Shown piece after piece: positions 14,229 through 26,748 of a DNA stretch of 64,000 bases (position 1 is its first letter; each line of letters begins with the position of its first letter). The stretch is from Octopus vulgaris (Eukaryota). The notes under the pieces are model-generated. The model made no database searches. It saw only the letters and a program-made list of their open reading frames with translations, and was not told where the DNA came from. The stretch is taken from assembly GCA_951406725.2 (NCBI GenBank), contig OX597831.1:44392001-44456000 (forward strand), read 5' to 3'. The translations under genes were made by a program, and so were the position numbers.

Positions 14229-14614
14229 TTCTTATTTGTTTCAGTTATTTGACTGCGGCCTTGCTGGAGCACCACCTTTAGTCGAGCAAATCAACCCCAG
14301 GACTTATTCTTTGTAAGCCCAGTACTTATTCTATTGGTTATTCTAGCCGCTAAGTTACTGGGACATAAACGCTCTAGCATTCGTTGGCGGGGAGAGGACA
14401 AACAGACACACAAACACAAATACACACACACACATATATATATATATATTTGTATACGACGGGCTTCTTTCAGTTTCCATCTACCAAATCCACTTACAAG
14501 GCTTTGGTCGACCCGAGGCTATAGTAGAAGACATATGCCTAAGGTACCACGCAGTGAGACTGGACTGAATCCGGAACCGTGCGGTCGGTAAGCAAGCTAC
14601 TTACCACACAGCCA
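14229..14614 (-). mobile_element. Family A SINE
   Basis: Homology to 5971-6365. Confidence 0.8.
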
Positions 14615-14665
14615 CACACACACACACACACACACATATGTATATATATATATATATATATATAC

Positions 14666-14773
<108 letters not shown>

Positions 14774-16017
14774 GCTTTGCATGATTGTGTATAGAGGGAT
14801 ATATATTATTCAAAGGAATTCCAACTCTGTTTTCCATGTTTTATTTATATTCTTTATAATATTAATGTAGAATATAGAATATATAGCATAAATAGTATAT
14901 ATAGTAAAATGAAATGAAGTATTGATTGTCTTATTGAAAAGATGAAAAATTGAATATCAAATATTAAATATTAAGGGACTAGTATACTTTCTTGCATTTA
15001 AGCAGTCTTCAAGGTCCCAGGTTGTGACAGGAATATTTCAACTGTGTGTGTGTTTATTGAGCGAAAACACCTAAAAGCTCCATGAGTGGGGTGATGGCGA
15101 TCCCTGCTGTACTCTTTCGCCACAACTTTCTCTCGCTCTTTCTTATGTTGGCCTGCTCGCTTTGCCAGCGGGGTGGCGTCATGTGAAGGCTAAAACAATG
15201 CGACGCGCATTGTGACAACTCCTGTTCGTCTAGTTTTGGATGAAAAACAAGGTTGATTTCGACTGGCATTGAACTCAGAATGTAAGAAGCCACAAGAAAT
15301 ACCGCAAAGCATTTGGGGTTTTTTTCTCCGATGTTTTACCGATTCTGTCAGTTCGCCGCCGTTCCCTGGTAAGATAAATAAAACCATGCCAGAGTGGTGG
15401 AGGGTCGAACCTATGAAGGCGTTGAACAAACTGCTTTTTGCTATTTGTCCCGATCCTTAATATGCGGAATACCCTAATAGATTTAGAACTTGTTTGTAAA
15501 TAGTTAGGCTTGGTTGTGTGGTTAAGGCGCTCGCTTTGCAACCTTGTAGTTTCATTTTCAGTCTCAATGCGCAGCCCCTTGGGTACTTGTCTCCTATAAT
15601 GACTCCGGGTCGACCAATGCCTTCCGTATGAATCGTGGCACTCTGTCGGTTATGACGACGAGGGTTCCAGTTGATCCGATCAACGGAATAGCCTGCTCGT
15701 GAAATTAACGTGCACGTGGCTGAGCACTCCAGCGTAATACAGAGCGTGACAAGGATGGCCCTTTGAAATACAGGTACAACAGAAACAGGAAGAAAGTGTG
15801 AGAAAAAGTTGTGTTGAAAGGGTACAGCAGGGTTCGTCACCACCTCCTTCCGAAGCATCGTGGAGCTCAGTAAACACTCACAACGCCCGGTTTGGAATCG
15901 AAACCGCCAGTCCGCTGCCGTAATCAGTGGGCCATTGCACCTCCTCTGTATGAATATGGCAGAGAGAAACTATATGGAAGCCCACCATATGTGTGTGTGT
16001 GTGTGTTTGTGTTGGTG

Positions 16018-16143
16018 TTCTTCTTCTTCTTCTTCTTCTTCTTCTTCTTCTTCTTCTTCTTCTTCTCCTTCTTCTTCTTCTTCTTCTTCTCCTTCTTCTT
16101 CTTCTTCTTCTTCTTCTCCTTCTTCTTCTTCTTCTTCTTCTTC
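16018..16143. repeat. (CTT)n trinucleotide repeat
   Basis: Direct reading. Confidence 0.95.
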
Positions 16144-17961
16144 CAATCAGGGCTCATGCTATTAGCCACAAAGAATAACCTCTAACTCGAGCCTACTCTA
16201 AGCTACTAAGAATGCGTGCGGTAACTTGAAGATCCACCCACCACACGCGATAGACTGGCGGTTGCACGGGCGCGAAAGCTACGTTGTTATCCTCATTCCG
16301 TAAACGGTGGCTTTTAACGGGTGGAGAGCTGAACCATCCTGAGGTACAGAGGATTCGCAATCTAGACTAGGGCCTGAAAGTTTACCACACCATAGTGGGT
16401 TACACCGTGGTTCCTCTGCTTTGTGGCAGAAGTATGAGGAAAGAGTGAGAGAAAGTTGCGGTGAAAGAGTACAGCGGGGTTAACACCCCCCACATCCGCC
16501 GGAGCCTCGTGGAGCTTAGGTGTTTTTGCTCAATAAACACTCACAGTGCCCGGTCTGGGAATCGAAACCGCGTTCTTACGACCGCGAGTCCACTGTCCTG
16601 ACCACTGGGCCATTGCGCCTCCACTGTGTTGGTGTTTGTTCCACAGCACCGTTTGACAATCGGTATTGGTTTACTCGCGTTTCCGTAACTTAGCAGTTCG
16701 ACCAAACAGACCGATCGAATAAGAACCAGATTTTAAAACTAAGTACTGGAATCGATTAGAATAACTAAAACTCATCAAATGGCACAATTCACTAAACCAA
16801 ATAACAACAATCAACTTTTTTTTAGTAAATCGTCAAAAATCTGACAAGAATTTCCTCAGAATATTCGGCAGAGTTGACGGCCTTCTTTTTTTTTTTTTGT
16901 ACCTTTTATCTTCTATTTGTTTTTGTAATTCGACTGCGGCCATGCTGGGGCACCGCCTTGAATGATTTAGCCAAAACAACTCGCTCCCTGTAGATTTCGA
17001 TTTTTTTTTAAAGTCTAGTACACATTCTATCGTTTCCTTTTGAAGAGCCACTAAGTTATGAAGACGTAAACAAACCAACCCCGGTTATCAAGCTGTTGAG
17101 GGGACACCACACACACACACACATACACACACATACACACACACATACACACACACACATACATACATACAAACATATCTGTGTGAACGAATCAAACTCA
17201 ATGCTTATTTTTGAGTCTAGTACCTATTCTATTACTCTCTTTTAACAGAACTGCAAAGTTACAGGGATGTAACAAAACCAACGCCTGTTGTCCAATTGTG
17301 GTAGGTGAGGTAAACAATACAAATACAAACGCACACACACACACACACACACACACATACAAATACACACACATACATGTATACGATGAGCTTCCTCACA
17401 TTATTCGTATACCAAATTCATTCACCAAACATTGGTCGACCCGGAGTTTTAGTTGAAGACATCCAAAATCCCGTGCAGTAGGACTGAACCTGAGCTTCTT
17501 AACTTCACAGTTATGCCGCCCACTTATAAGTTTTTGGTTTCTCATTTCTCGATTCAAATCGTCTCAGGATCAACCTATATATGAATCCTCCCAATATATG
17601 TAATAACAGTAATGGTATTGCTTTAGATTCGGCCGAGGATCTTGTTAAACTTCTTACAAGCATTTTGAAGTACAGGGTTCCGGGTTCAGTCCCACTGCGT
17701 GGCACCTTGGGCAAGTGTATTCTACTATAGCCTCGGGCCGACCAAAGCCTTGTTGTAGAAGACCCAAGAATATGTGGCACAAAACTGGTTCAGACGTTTC
17801 GAGAATGTAACACCAGCCTCGGAGACAAACCAAAGTCGGGGAGACCTTTTGTTGTGGAAGATGAGGTCTTGCTTGGAATGGTTGAACAACAGCCAAGCAC
17901 AAGCACTCGTACATTTTCAACAGAGCTTGGTCCTCCATATAAAACACCATCAATTAGCACC

Positions 17962-18672
17962 TCCGAAAGTCTTGTTACCCCTTTACCAAAAAGTAATGAG
18001 AACAAGAGAAGAACAAGTAAAGCAGTAATCTAAAACATGAACTGGGTTTAGTTTATTCAGTTTCATTGACGCTGTCACACATCGAGAAGGTCTGCATGAA
18101 CACCATCATTTTCGTAGCACAAAATGATGCGGTGCTATGTCCTGTGTGATATTTTTCGAAGCTATGCTTTGGTGATTGTTGCAAAGGCTCTTCGAGCGGC
18201 GTCCTTCAACTGATTGGTATTCTTGTATCGTTCATGTGAAACTCTCTCTTTGGTAATACCCCACAGAGCGTTATCGCCAGACGTGAGGTCTGGACTTCTG
18301 GGAGGCGAATCGACAGATGCTGGAAGTTGTTGCAGTCCTCGCCCCTAACCATCTATCCCACAAAACTTCATTTAGGGTATTCCCAGACAGTGATAGCATA
18401 GTGGGGGTGGGGCACCATCTTGTTGAAACCAACAATCATTCAGGTCAACATTCAACCTCTGGAGCTGTGGAACAAACCACTCCCTTAACATGGCCAAGTA
18501 AGTTCGCTGGTTAGCAGCGCCCTCGAAGAAACAGGATCCTATCAGGTGCTCACTCGATATGGCGGCCCAAAGCATTTCATGTGGGGGAGAGGTTGTGTTA
18601 AAACAAAAACTAACGATAATAAAGACAATAAAACAAAATGTAGGGGGTAACAAGACTTTCGGAACACCCTGT
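17962..18672 (-). mobile_element. Internally deleted Tc1/mariner-superfamily element
   Basis: WFQQDGAPP and SPDLT...LWG remnants; TIR pair TCCGAAAGTCTTGTTACCCC / GGGGTAACAAGACTTTCGGAACACCCTGTA. Confidence 0.7.
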
Positions 18673-19284
18673 ATTTCAAATCTTCACCAGGTTATTTTTT
18701 TTAATGAATTATTGACTTTTCCTTTTTTTTTTTTGCATGCTGATGACGAAAACATCATTCATTTTTTTTTTCTAAGAATTATTAATGAAAATGTTACATC
18801 ATTGTAGAACATAGAAGAAAAAATATCAAGTGAACATTTTGAAATACTTCAAGTGGTTGAAAGAATTTTAACAAGATACTCGGTCGACTATTCAATAACA
18901 TAAGATTTTCAAAATCTGTTTCTTTTGATTAGAAATAAATTATCTATATTTTTAGAGAATGATAATCGAGAAGCTATGGTGTTCATAGCAACACCAAATA
19001 GAGGGTTATTTCGGGTTGACATAAATACCAAATGCAGTTATAGGCCTAGCGTAGGCGGCAGCGTGTCAGCATCGTCAGAGCGACAAGAAAATTACTTTGC
19101 AGACGAACATCCCTGCATCAAAAGGACTAGCCTTGTACTAAAACCAGAAACCTTTATAAAATGTTGAGTCAAAAGCATTTTCTTTTTTCTTTTTTGTATA
19201 ACATACAAATATTGTTTATTCTTTAGTCTTTATTTCACAGTTTGATGGAAAAAAATTGTAATTAGAGCCATTTTAAACTACCTA

Positions 19285-19677
19285 CTCTTTTACTTGTTTC
19301 AGTCATTTGACTGTGGCCATGCTGGAGCACCGCCTTTAGTCGAGCAAATCGACCCCATGACTTATTCTTTGCAAGCCTAATACTTATTCTATCGGTCTCT
19401 TTTGCCGAACCGCTAAGTTACGGGGATGTAAACACACCACCATCGGTTGCCAAGCGAAGCTGGGAGGACAAACACAGACACACAAACATATACACACACA
19501 TACATATATACGACGGACTTCTTTCAGTTTCCGTCTACCAAATCCACTCACAAGGCTTTGGTCGGCCCGAGGTTATAGTAGAAGACACTTGCCCAAGGTG
19601 CCACGCTGTGGGACTGAACTCGGAACCATGTGGTTGGTAAACAAGCTACTTACCACACAGCCACTCCCGCGCCTATA
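19285..19677 (-). mobile_element. Family A SINE
   Basis: Homology to 5971-6365. Confidence 0.85.
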
Positions 19678-19679
19678 AT

Positions 19680-20355
19680 ACCTGTGGTGAAAAAAAAAAG
19701 GACTGGGTGTAAGGGCAGCAGCAAAAGAAATTAATGATGTAGAAGACCCAAGAATATGTGGCACCAAACTGGTTCAGACGTTTCAAGAAGGTAACGCCAA
19801 CCTCGAATACAAACCAAAGTCGGGGAGACCTTCTGTTGTGGAAGATGAGGTCTTGTTTGAAATGGTTGAACAACAGCCAAGCACGAGCACTCGTACATTT
19901 TCAACAGAGCTTGGTCCTTCATAAAACACCATTAATTAGCACCTCCATAAGTTCGGCCTTGTGAACAGGTGATGTCAAGAAGTTCCTCATGAACTGACCA
20001 AAAACCAAGCCCAAAAACGTGTGAACATTTGCACGCAATTACTGGTAAATTCTTGAGATACCCGCCTTTCGCATTGAATTGTAACTAGGGATGAAAATAG
20101 ATCCATTTTCGTAATCCTAATACGAAAAATCAGTGACTTCATTCCAGCCACGCTTCAGAACCTGTTGTCAAAGAAGGAAGTTCAACAATGAACGGACGGA
20201 AGTTCAATAATGCACGGACGGCAGTTCAATAATGTGGATGAGGTTGAAAATAGTGTTAGGTTACGTCCACAAGGATTTATCTTGTATGGTATTATTATAC
20301 CTTTATTCCTCTTTTTTAAATTCATGCCACTGGCCACACCGTTATCTCTGTTTGG

Positions 20356-20419
<64 letters not shown>

Positions 20420-21533
20420 ATAAAAGTCGGTAATCTAAGCCTGAAAGAGACGGGCTTCTGTCAGAAGCCCGCGAAACTTTAAGTCGCATTGAGCCGAATC
20501 AAACTGATTTAATTACGGTGATGTACTTGCATAGCAAGTGACCTGATCTGAGATCGTGTGCTGGAAAGAAAACAATTGCAGCATGGAAGGTGTTTATAAG
20601 TCATTTAAGAAACACACAAAAACCGTTAGATTCACTTCAACATTTAAATTTAATATGTCAGACAAAATTCCGTGCTGCATCACGGAATTTTGTCAGTGAA
20701 CAGGTCGCGGTCTCAAAGCAACGAAAATATTTTGACGAATTAAATTTAAATATTGAAGTGAATCTAACGGTTTTTGTGTGTTTCTTAAATGGCTTATAAA
20801 CACCTTCCAAACTGTTTTAAATAGTACGAGTAATGGGTGCAGGGAGTGTTTTTGCCTCTAAACCAGCCAGTTGGTATGAGCGTCTAACACAACGAAAGCA
20901 ACAGATAATAGAATTATGAGGGAGAACATTTTGATGAACAAACCCTTTTCGATTGTAATTTGTTTGAACAGAGTGTCATGTTGTATGCTTGGTGGTATTT
21001 CGAGGATGTATTGCACTTTGAGCTTGTCTCAGGTGGTCATGTTGTGAACATTAACCTTTTTGCTCAACAATTGCAGCAAGTATATGATTCTTTGAAAGTC
21101 CGCTTCTCGGCATTGGTCGATCGAAGACGCACACTCCTACAACATGACAATGCCCCAGCATGACATCGCCAATGTGACCGAGCTCAAACTTGAGGAACTT
21201 GAGGGGATGGAAGTGCTGTCTCAACCAGCCTACAGGATACACCTTCTATCATCAGATAATCACCTTCTCCGAGCCATGACATTTCCTACACGGACGGAAG
21301 TTCAACAATGTGGATGGGGTTGAAAATGGGTGCATGGAGTGTTTTTTTCTTCTTCTTCTTTTTCCTCTAAACCAGCCAATAGGTATGAGCGTGAAATTGA
21401 GCTTCTAACACAACGAAGGCAACAGATAATAGAATTAAGAAGAGGTGTATTTTGATGAACAAACACTTTTCGATTGTAATTTGTTTGAACTAAAGCTCGA
21501 AACACGAAAGAAAAACTTATAATTCAACCTGAT
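19680..21533 (+). mobile_element. Fragmented mariner transposase pseudogene (N-terminal HTH ~19680-20190; catalytic part ~20960-21460); related pieces 17755-17960, 48450-48790
   Basis: WFRRFK.G...SGRP HTH motif, VMLYAWW...HFELV, LLQHDNAP; interrupted by other repeats. Confidence 0.78.
20427..20497 (+). ncRNA. Type I hammerhead-like motif (one extra nt in core)
   Basis: CTGAAAGAG, 9-bp stem II CGGGCTTCT/AGAAGCCCG, CGAAAC-TTTAA-GTC, bulged stem I. Confidence 0.55.
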
Positions 21534-22116
21534 AGACTAGAGAAGGGCAGCGAACTTACAGAATTGCAAGAGCTTTGGGGGAAAAATGCTTTCCTGTATT
21601 TATTCCAACTCTTTTCCTTCTCAGTTCAAATCCTGCCGAAGTCAACTTTACCTCTTATTCCTCCGGGATCGATAAAGCAATCAGTTAAGTACTATTATTA
21701 TAAAGCCCACGAAGGCGGCGAGCTGGCTGAACCGTTAGCACGCCGGACAAACTGCATAGCGGCTTTGTTTTTGCCTTGTCGATGGTATAGATTAAGCCTT
21801 CCCCTATCCTCAAGTATCGCAAACCTTGTGTCTAAATCAAAAACCTTTATAGACAAGAAGGGAGCCACTGAGGTGTTCTGCGTGATCTTCGGACCTTTCC
21901 TAAAACTTTCGGTATTAATGTATTTGTGAGCCACTGGACAGTTGATAAATTGTGTAATATTTTGTGTTATTATTTTTTTAACTTTTACTGATATAAAACA
22001 TTGCCAGTGATGAAAACTAAGTATACGTGTTTTTTTTTTTTTGGGGGGGGGGGGTTATCACTAAATATTATATACTAAAGGCACGGATGTGGATGCGTGT
22101 TAAGAAGCTTGCTTCC

Positions 22117-23640
22117 GGTATATCGTTTGTTAGTCGAATTGTTTTTTGGTTGTCTTAGTGGTGCGATGTACTCCCTCTTGCTTAATGGAGGGGCGTCAGG
22201 CGAGAAGTTGTGAAGATTTGAATTATCCTTCTTCAGACTTTGTATCGTCTGAAGAAGAAATGGTGGAGAGTTTGAGGAGGACTGACGAAGTAATGGGGAC
22301 AAAAAATTATGCAAAAGTGACGAAAGAAGCGAAGGCGTGAGGCTGGAAGATATAAATAAATTCAAGGAAATGATTAAAAGGGAGGTGAACGATGTGAATG
22401 TGTTACCCCGCAAAGAAGTGTTAAAGGAAAGAGGTGAGAAAACAATAATTTACAGAACGTACTCGGTAGCAGCCAGGAAGATTGAAATCGTGACGACGGC
22501 TCAAGTGGAAAGGGCACTTAAACCAATCTAGCAAGGAATTTCCTACCTTGCTAGAAGAAGAAAATTTGGGACAGTGGAGGTGCGGTTTCGGGAGGTATCC
22601 ACTGCCAGGCTGCACTCAGCTACACTGTTGAGAACTAATGAAGTGGTGCTTCAACCTACATACCTTGGGAGACGTGCTTCCAGGGTTGGGAAAGAAGACA
22701 TACCCCCAGAAGTGGATGTAGCTTGGCTGGTAGCTGCCCGACTGTTAGGAATGGAGGAGAAGGTGGCGGTCCTCCAGGCCACCAGAACACCCCACAGGAA
22801 CTGGCAAGGGCAAAGCCTGGACATAGTGGCACAGGTTGCCTCGGAAGATATCGAAAGTATGGTAGAGAATATTACGGTCGGCGACGTTACACTAAATGTC
22901 AGAGTGGACGGGAGGATTCCGTGATGCTATAAATGTGGCCTTTCAGGCCACATTAGAGCGGATTGTTCTCCACCACCTGTGAAGGCTAAGGAGAGGCAAT
23001 AGAGTGAGAAAGTGGTTGGTGCTCCACTGACCGTGGAGGTTAAGCAAAAGTAGAGTGAAGCGGCACCACAGACAAAGACCAGTACCAGCGTCGAAGAAAA
23101 GATGGACAATGAATGGGAAATAGCTGAGAGAAAGAGAAGAAAGAGAAAAAAGGCACACGCTGTAAAGGGGGACCACTATCCCACACCCACCCGACTCCCA
23201 CCCACACCCACTTTACCCCAACCACTCCCTACAGACACCAGCCCTCTCCATGCCCCACCTAACATGAAGACAAACACAAGCACACAGGAGCCCCGAATTT
23301 CCCCACCCTTGAAATTTCTCGCCCTTGAAAAATATATTATATTGTACAGTGGAGAAAACGAAGAACTGTATGATAAAATAGACTTGTGGAGCAATGCTAT
23401 AAAAGTGGATGATTTTAGGAGTGAAGGGGTGCCAGAGTACATTCGTTGTGAAATGGCAGACTCAGAAGATATGTCGGAATTGAAGGACTACGAGGGTCAA
23501 GATATTGGACACCAACTCAATACCGAAACAAGTAAGTTTTCAGGATATTTAAAAAAAATATAACGTAAACAGTCTTCGGAAGGATGGTAATTAGCTGTCG
23601 CTAAAAAGGAAAAGAAAAAAGCATTATAAACTAGTTTTTA

Positions 23641-23671
<31 letters not shown>

Positions 23672-23969
23672 CCTACGAGCTTCTTTCACTTTCTTCTACT
23701 CAAATTCACTCACAAGATTTTTGTCGGCCCGAGGCAATAGTAGAAGGCCAGGGTGTCACGCATTTGGATTGAACCTGGAGCCATGTGGTTGGGAAGCAAG
23801 CTTCTTTATTTTATGAAATTGGCCGTGAAGGTCTTACATAGAGGGGACAGCACAAGGTGGGGACAAAAAAGCAAAACGAATGGAAAGAATGAATTAATAT
23901 AATGGGAGATGAAATGAAACCGTTCTGCCTCACCTCCGAGCGACTTCATGAACCTGGTAATACCACCTT
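22117..23969 (+). mobile_element. ORF1-only L1/Tx1-type retroelement (3' end lies in an inverted block, 23969->23807)
   Basis: Degenerate ORF1 with CCHC knuckle CYKCGLSGHIRADC (22925-22966); 15-bp TSD AAGAAGCTTGCTTCC at 22102-16 and 23792-806(-). Confidence 0.7.
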
Positions 23970-24292
23970 TTTTTAAAAACTAGTTTATAATGCTTTTTTC
24001 TTTTCCTTTTTAGCGACAGCTAATTACCATCCTTCCGAAGACTGTTTACGTTATATTTTTTTTAAATATCCTGAAAACTTACTTGTTTCGGTATTGAGTT
24101 GGTGTCCAATATCTTGACCCTCGTAGTCCTTCAATTCCGACATATCTTCTGGGTCTGCCATTTCACAACGAATGTACTCTGGCACCCCCTTCACTCCTGA
24201 AATCATCCACTTTTATAGCATTGCTCCACAAGTCTATTTTATCATACAGTTCTTCGTTTTCTCCACTGTACAATATAATATATTTTTCAAGG

Positions 24293-24356
<64 letters not shown>

Positions 24357-25000
24357 CTGTGTTTGACCCCAATCGCCGCTTGACAACTGATGATTGTTTG
24401 TTCAAATCCCCGTACAATAAGCGGTTCGGCAAAATAAACCGATAGAATAAGAACCAGGTTTAAAAATAAAATACGTACTGGAGTTGATTCGTTCGACTTC
24501 AAGGCGGTGCCCCAGCATGACCGCAGTCAAATGACTGAAACCGGTAAAAAGATAAAAGATATTAGAAAGGCCACGAAGGCGGTGAGCTGGCTGAATCGTT
24601 AGCACGCCGGACAAAAATACTTAGCGACATTTGCTTTACCTTTACACGCCGAGTTCAAATGTCGCCGCAGACAACTTTGTCTTTCATCCCTTTTGGTGTC
24701 GATAAAATAAATACCACTTGAGCAATGGGGCCTATGTAATTGATAAAGCCTCTCCCCACATAAGTTCAGACCCTGTTCCTATAGTAGAAATAATTTTATA
24801 TGTGGGACATGAGCAAATATAAAAATAAAACCCTGAGAAATGGACCATTACAAAAAAAGAAAAAAATCTTGCTGATCTCTTATAAACAAATGTGATAGCA
24901 TCTAATGCGGTCGCTCGACCTGTTAAAGATAGCAGCCAAATCACACCCTACTGTTTTGAGAGAGACAAAAAAGATTAACACTTTGGATAGAGATATTTTA

Positions 25001-25392
25001 GGTGTAGGAGTGACTGTGTGGTAAGTAGCTTGCTTACCAACCACATGGTTCCAGGTTTGGTCCCACTGCATGGTACCTTGGACAAGCGTCTTCTACTAAT
25101 AGCCTCGGGTCGACCAAAGCCTTCTGAGTGGATTTGGTAGACGGAAACTGAAAGAAGCCCGTCGTATATATGTATATATATGTATGTGTGTGTATGTGTT
25201 TGTGTGTCTGTGTTTGTCCCCCCACCCCAACATCGCTTGACAACCGATGCTGGTGTATTTATGCCCCCGTAACTTAGCGGTTCGGCAAAAGAGACCGATA
25301 GAATATGTCCTGGGGTCGATTTGCTCGACTAAAGGCGGTGCTCCAGCATGGCCACAGTCAAATAACCGAAACAATTAAAAGGGTAAAAGAGT
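25001..25392 (+). mobile_element. Family A SINE
   Basis: Homology to 5971-6365. Confidence 0.85.
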
Positions 25393-25714
25393 AACTCCCA
25401 GAGAGACAGGATGGTCACGGATGTAATGCTTTTCTTCATCGATCTACCCAATCAGGGTTAACATGGATTTTAACGACAGCTAGAGCAATAGAAACTTCTA
25501 TATGGTCGCTTGACATGTTAGAAATAACGACCAATTTCTCCATCAAATCAACCTTACCGTCTTAAATTTTTTTTTAAGAAGGAAATACGGAAATGAGTTA
25601 ATCAATTATGAACTGCTCATAATAAAGTTAGCGGCTTAATTATATAATAGGATTAGTCTTACTTTCAATTTAAGGATCTTTGGTGACATTCGTGTAATAA
25701 ACTAAGAATTAAGG

Positions 25715-26230
25715 TACCGTAAATCATCGAGTATAATCCGCACTTTTTTTCCCAAAATTTAAAGGTCAAAATCCCTAGTGCGTAGTATATACGAGGTTAA
25801 AGATGAAAAATATTTTCTAAGCAATGTCCGAGTCTCTATTTGCTGTCCGACAACGTTTATTCAGACGCATTTTGTGATGTCGGGCACGAAAATACCTCAA
25901 GCTAAGCCTGAAAGCAATGAAGTCATAAAAGAATCATCCATAACTTGCAGTAAGCAACATTTATTAAACGTTATCCCTGTTATTTCTTTATTTTCTGCAA
26001 ACAAAATGCACAAAAAAGCTACACGTTTGCATTTTGTTATATATACAATAATAATAAAGGACGTTACTGTATACAGTTTTACAAACCAAGGACATTATAT
26101 AGACCTCCTTGACTCAAGTTAGAGAAGGGGTGTGTATTATACACAAGGTTTAGGTTTTTCAGAGGTACAGCCCCTAAAAATCCCCTGCGTATTATACTCA
26201 AGGGCGGACTATACTCGAGGATTTACGGTA
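25715..26230. mobile_element. pogo/Tigger-like MITE
   Basis: TA-CCGTAAATCATCGAGTATAATCCGC ... GCGGACTATACTCGAGGATTTACGG-TA. Confidence 0.75.
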
Positions 26231-26651
26231 ATAAGAAAAACAGTAGAGAGGAATAAATAAATAATAAAGTTTTCTCGGTCGGGACTGAACTGGTGCGTAA
26301 ATACAACAAAAGCAGCTACAACGACATCATCATCAATAACAACATCAGTATCAACATCCACATAAGCCTGTGTAATATCGGTTGATACAGGTTTATTCTT
26401 TAATTCTAAGTTATCGAGTTTTAGTTTCATGAAATTCTAGGGTTTCATTGTTATCTCCCTTGCATCGTCCATTAAGATAAATTATACGAAAATTCAATAA
26501 ATTCTAAATTTCATTTTATTTATTCGTTTATTTATTTAAATGTAAAAAAAAAAAATTATGACGTTATTCATTTTATTTTAGTTTAAAATTATATGATTGT
26601 AAATAATTATTTCTTCTAAACGGTATCTTCCCAGGGACAACTTTTGTCGAC

Positions 26652-26699
<48 letters not shown>

Positions 26700-26709
26700 A
26701 TCGATAGAC

Positions 26710-26748
<39 letters not shown>

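Noticed and set aside
15860-16185. Poly-S/F/L/K ORFs
   Set aside because: Translations of a (CTT)n repeat
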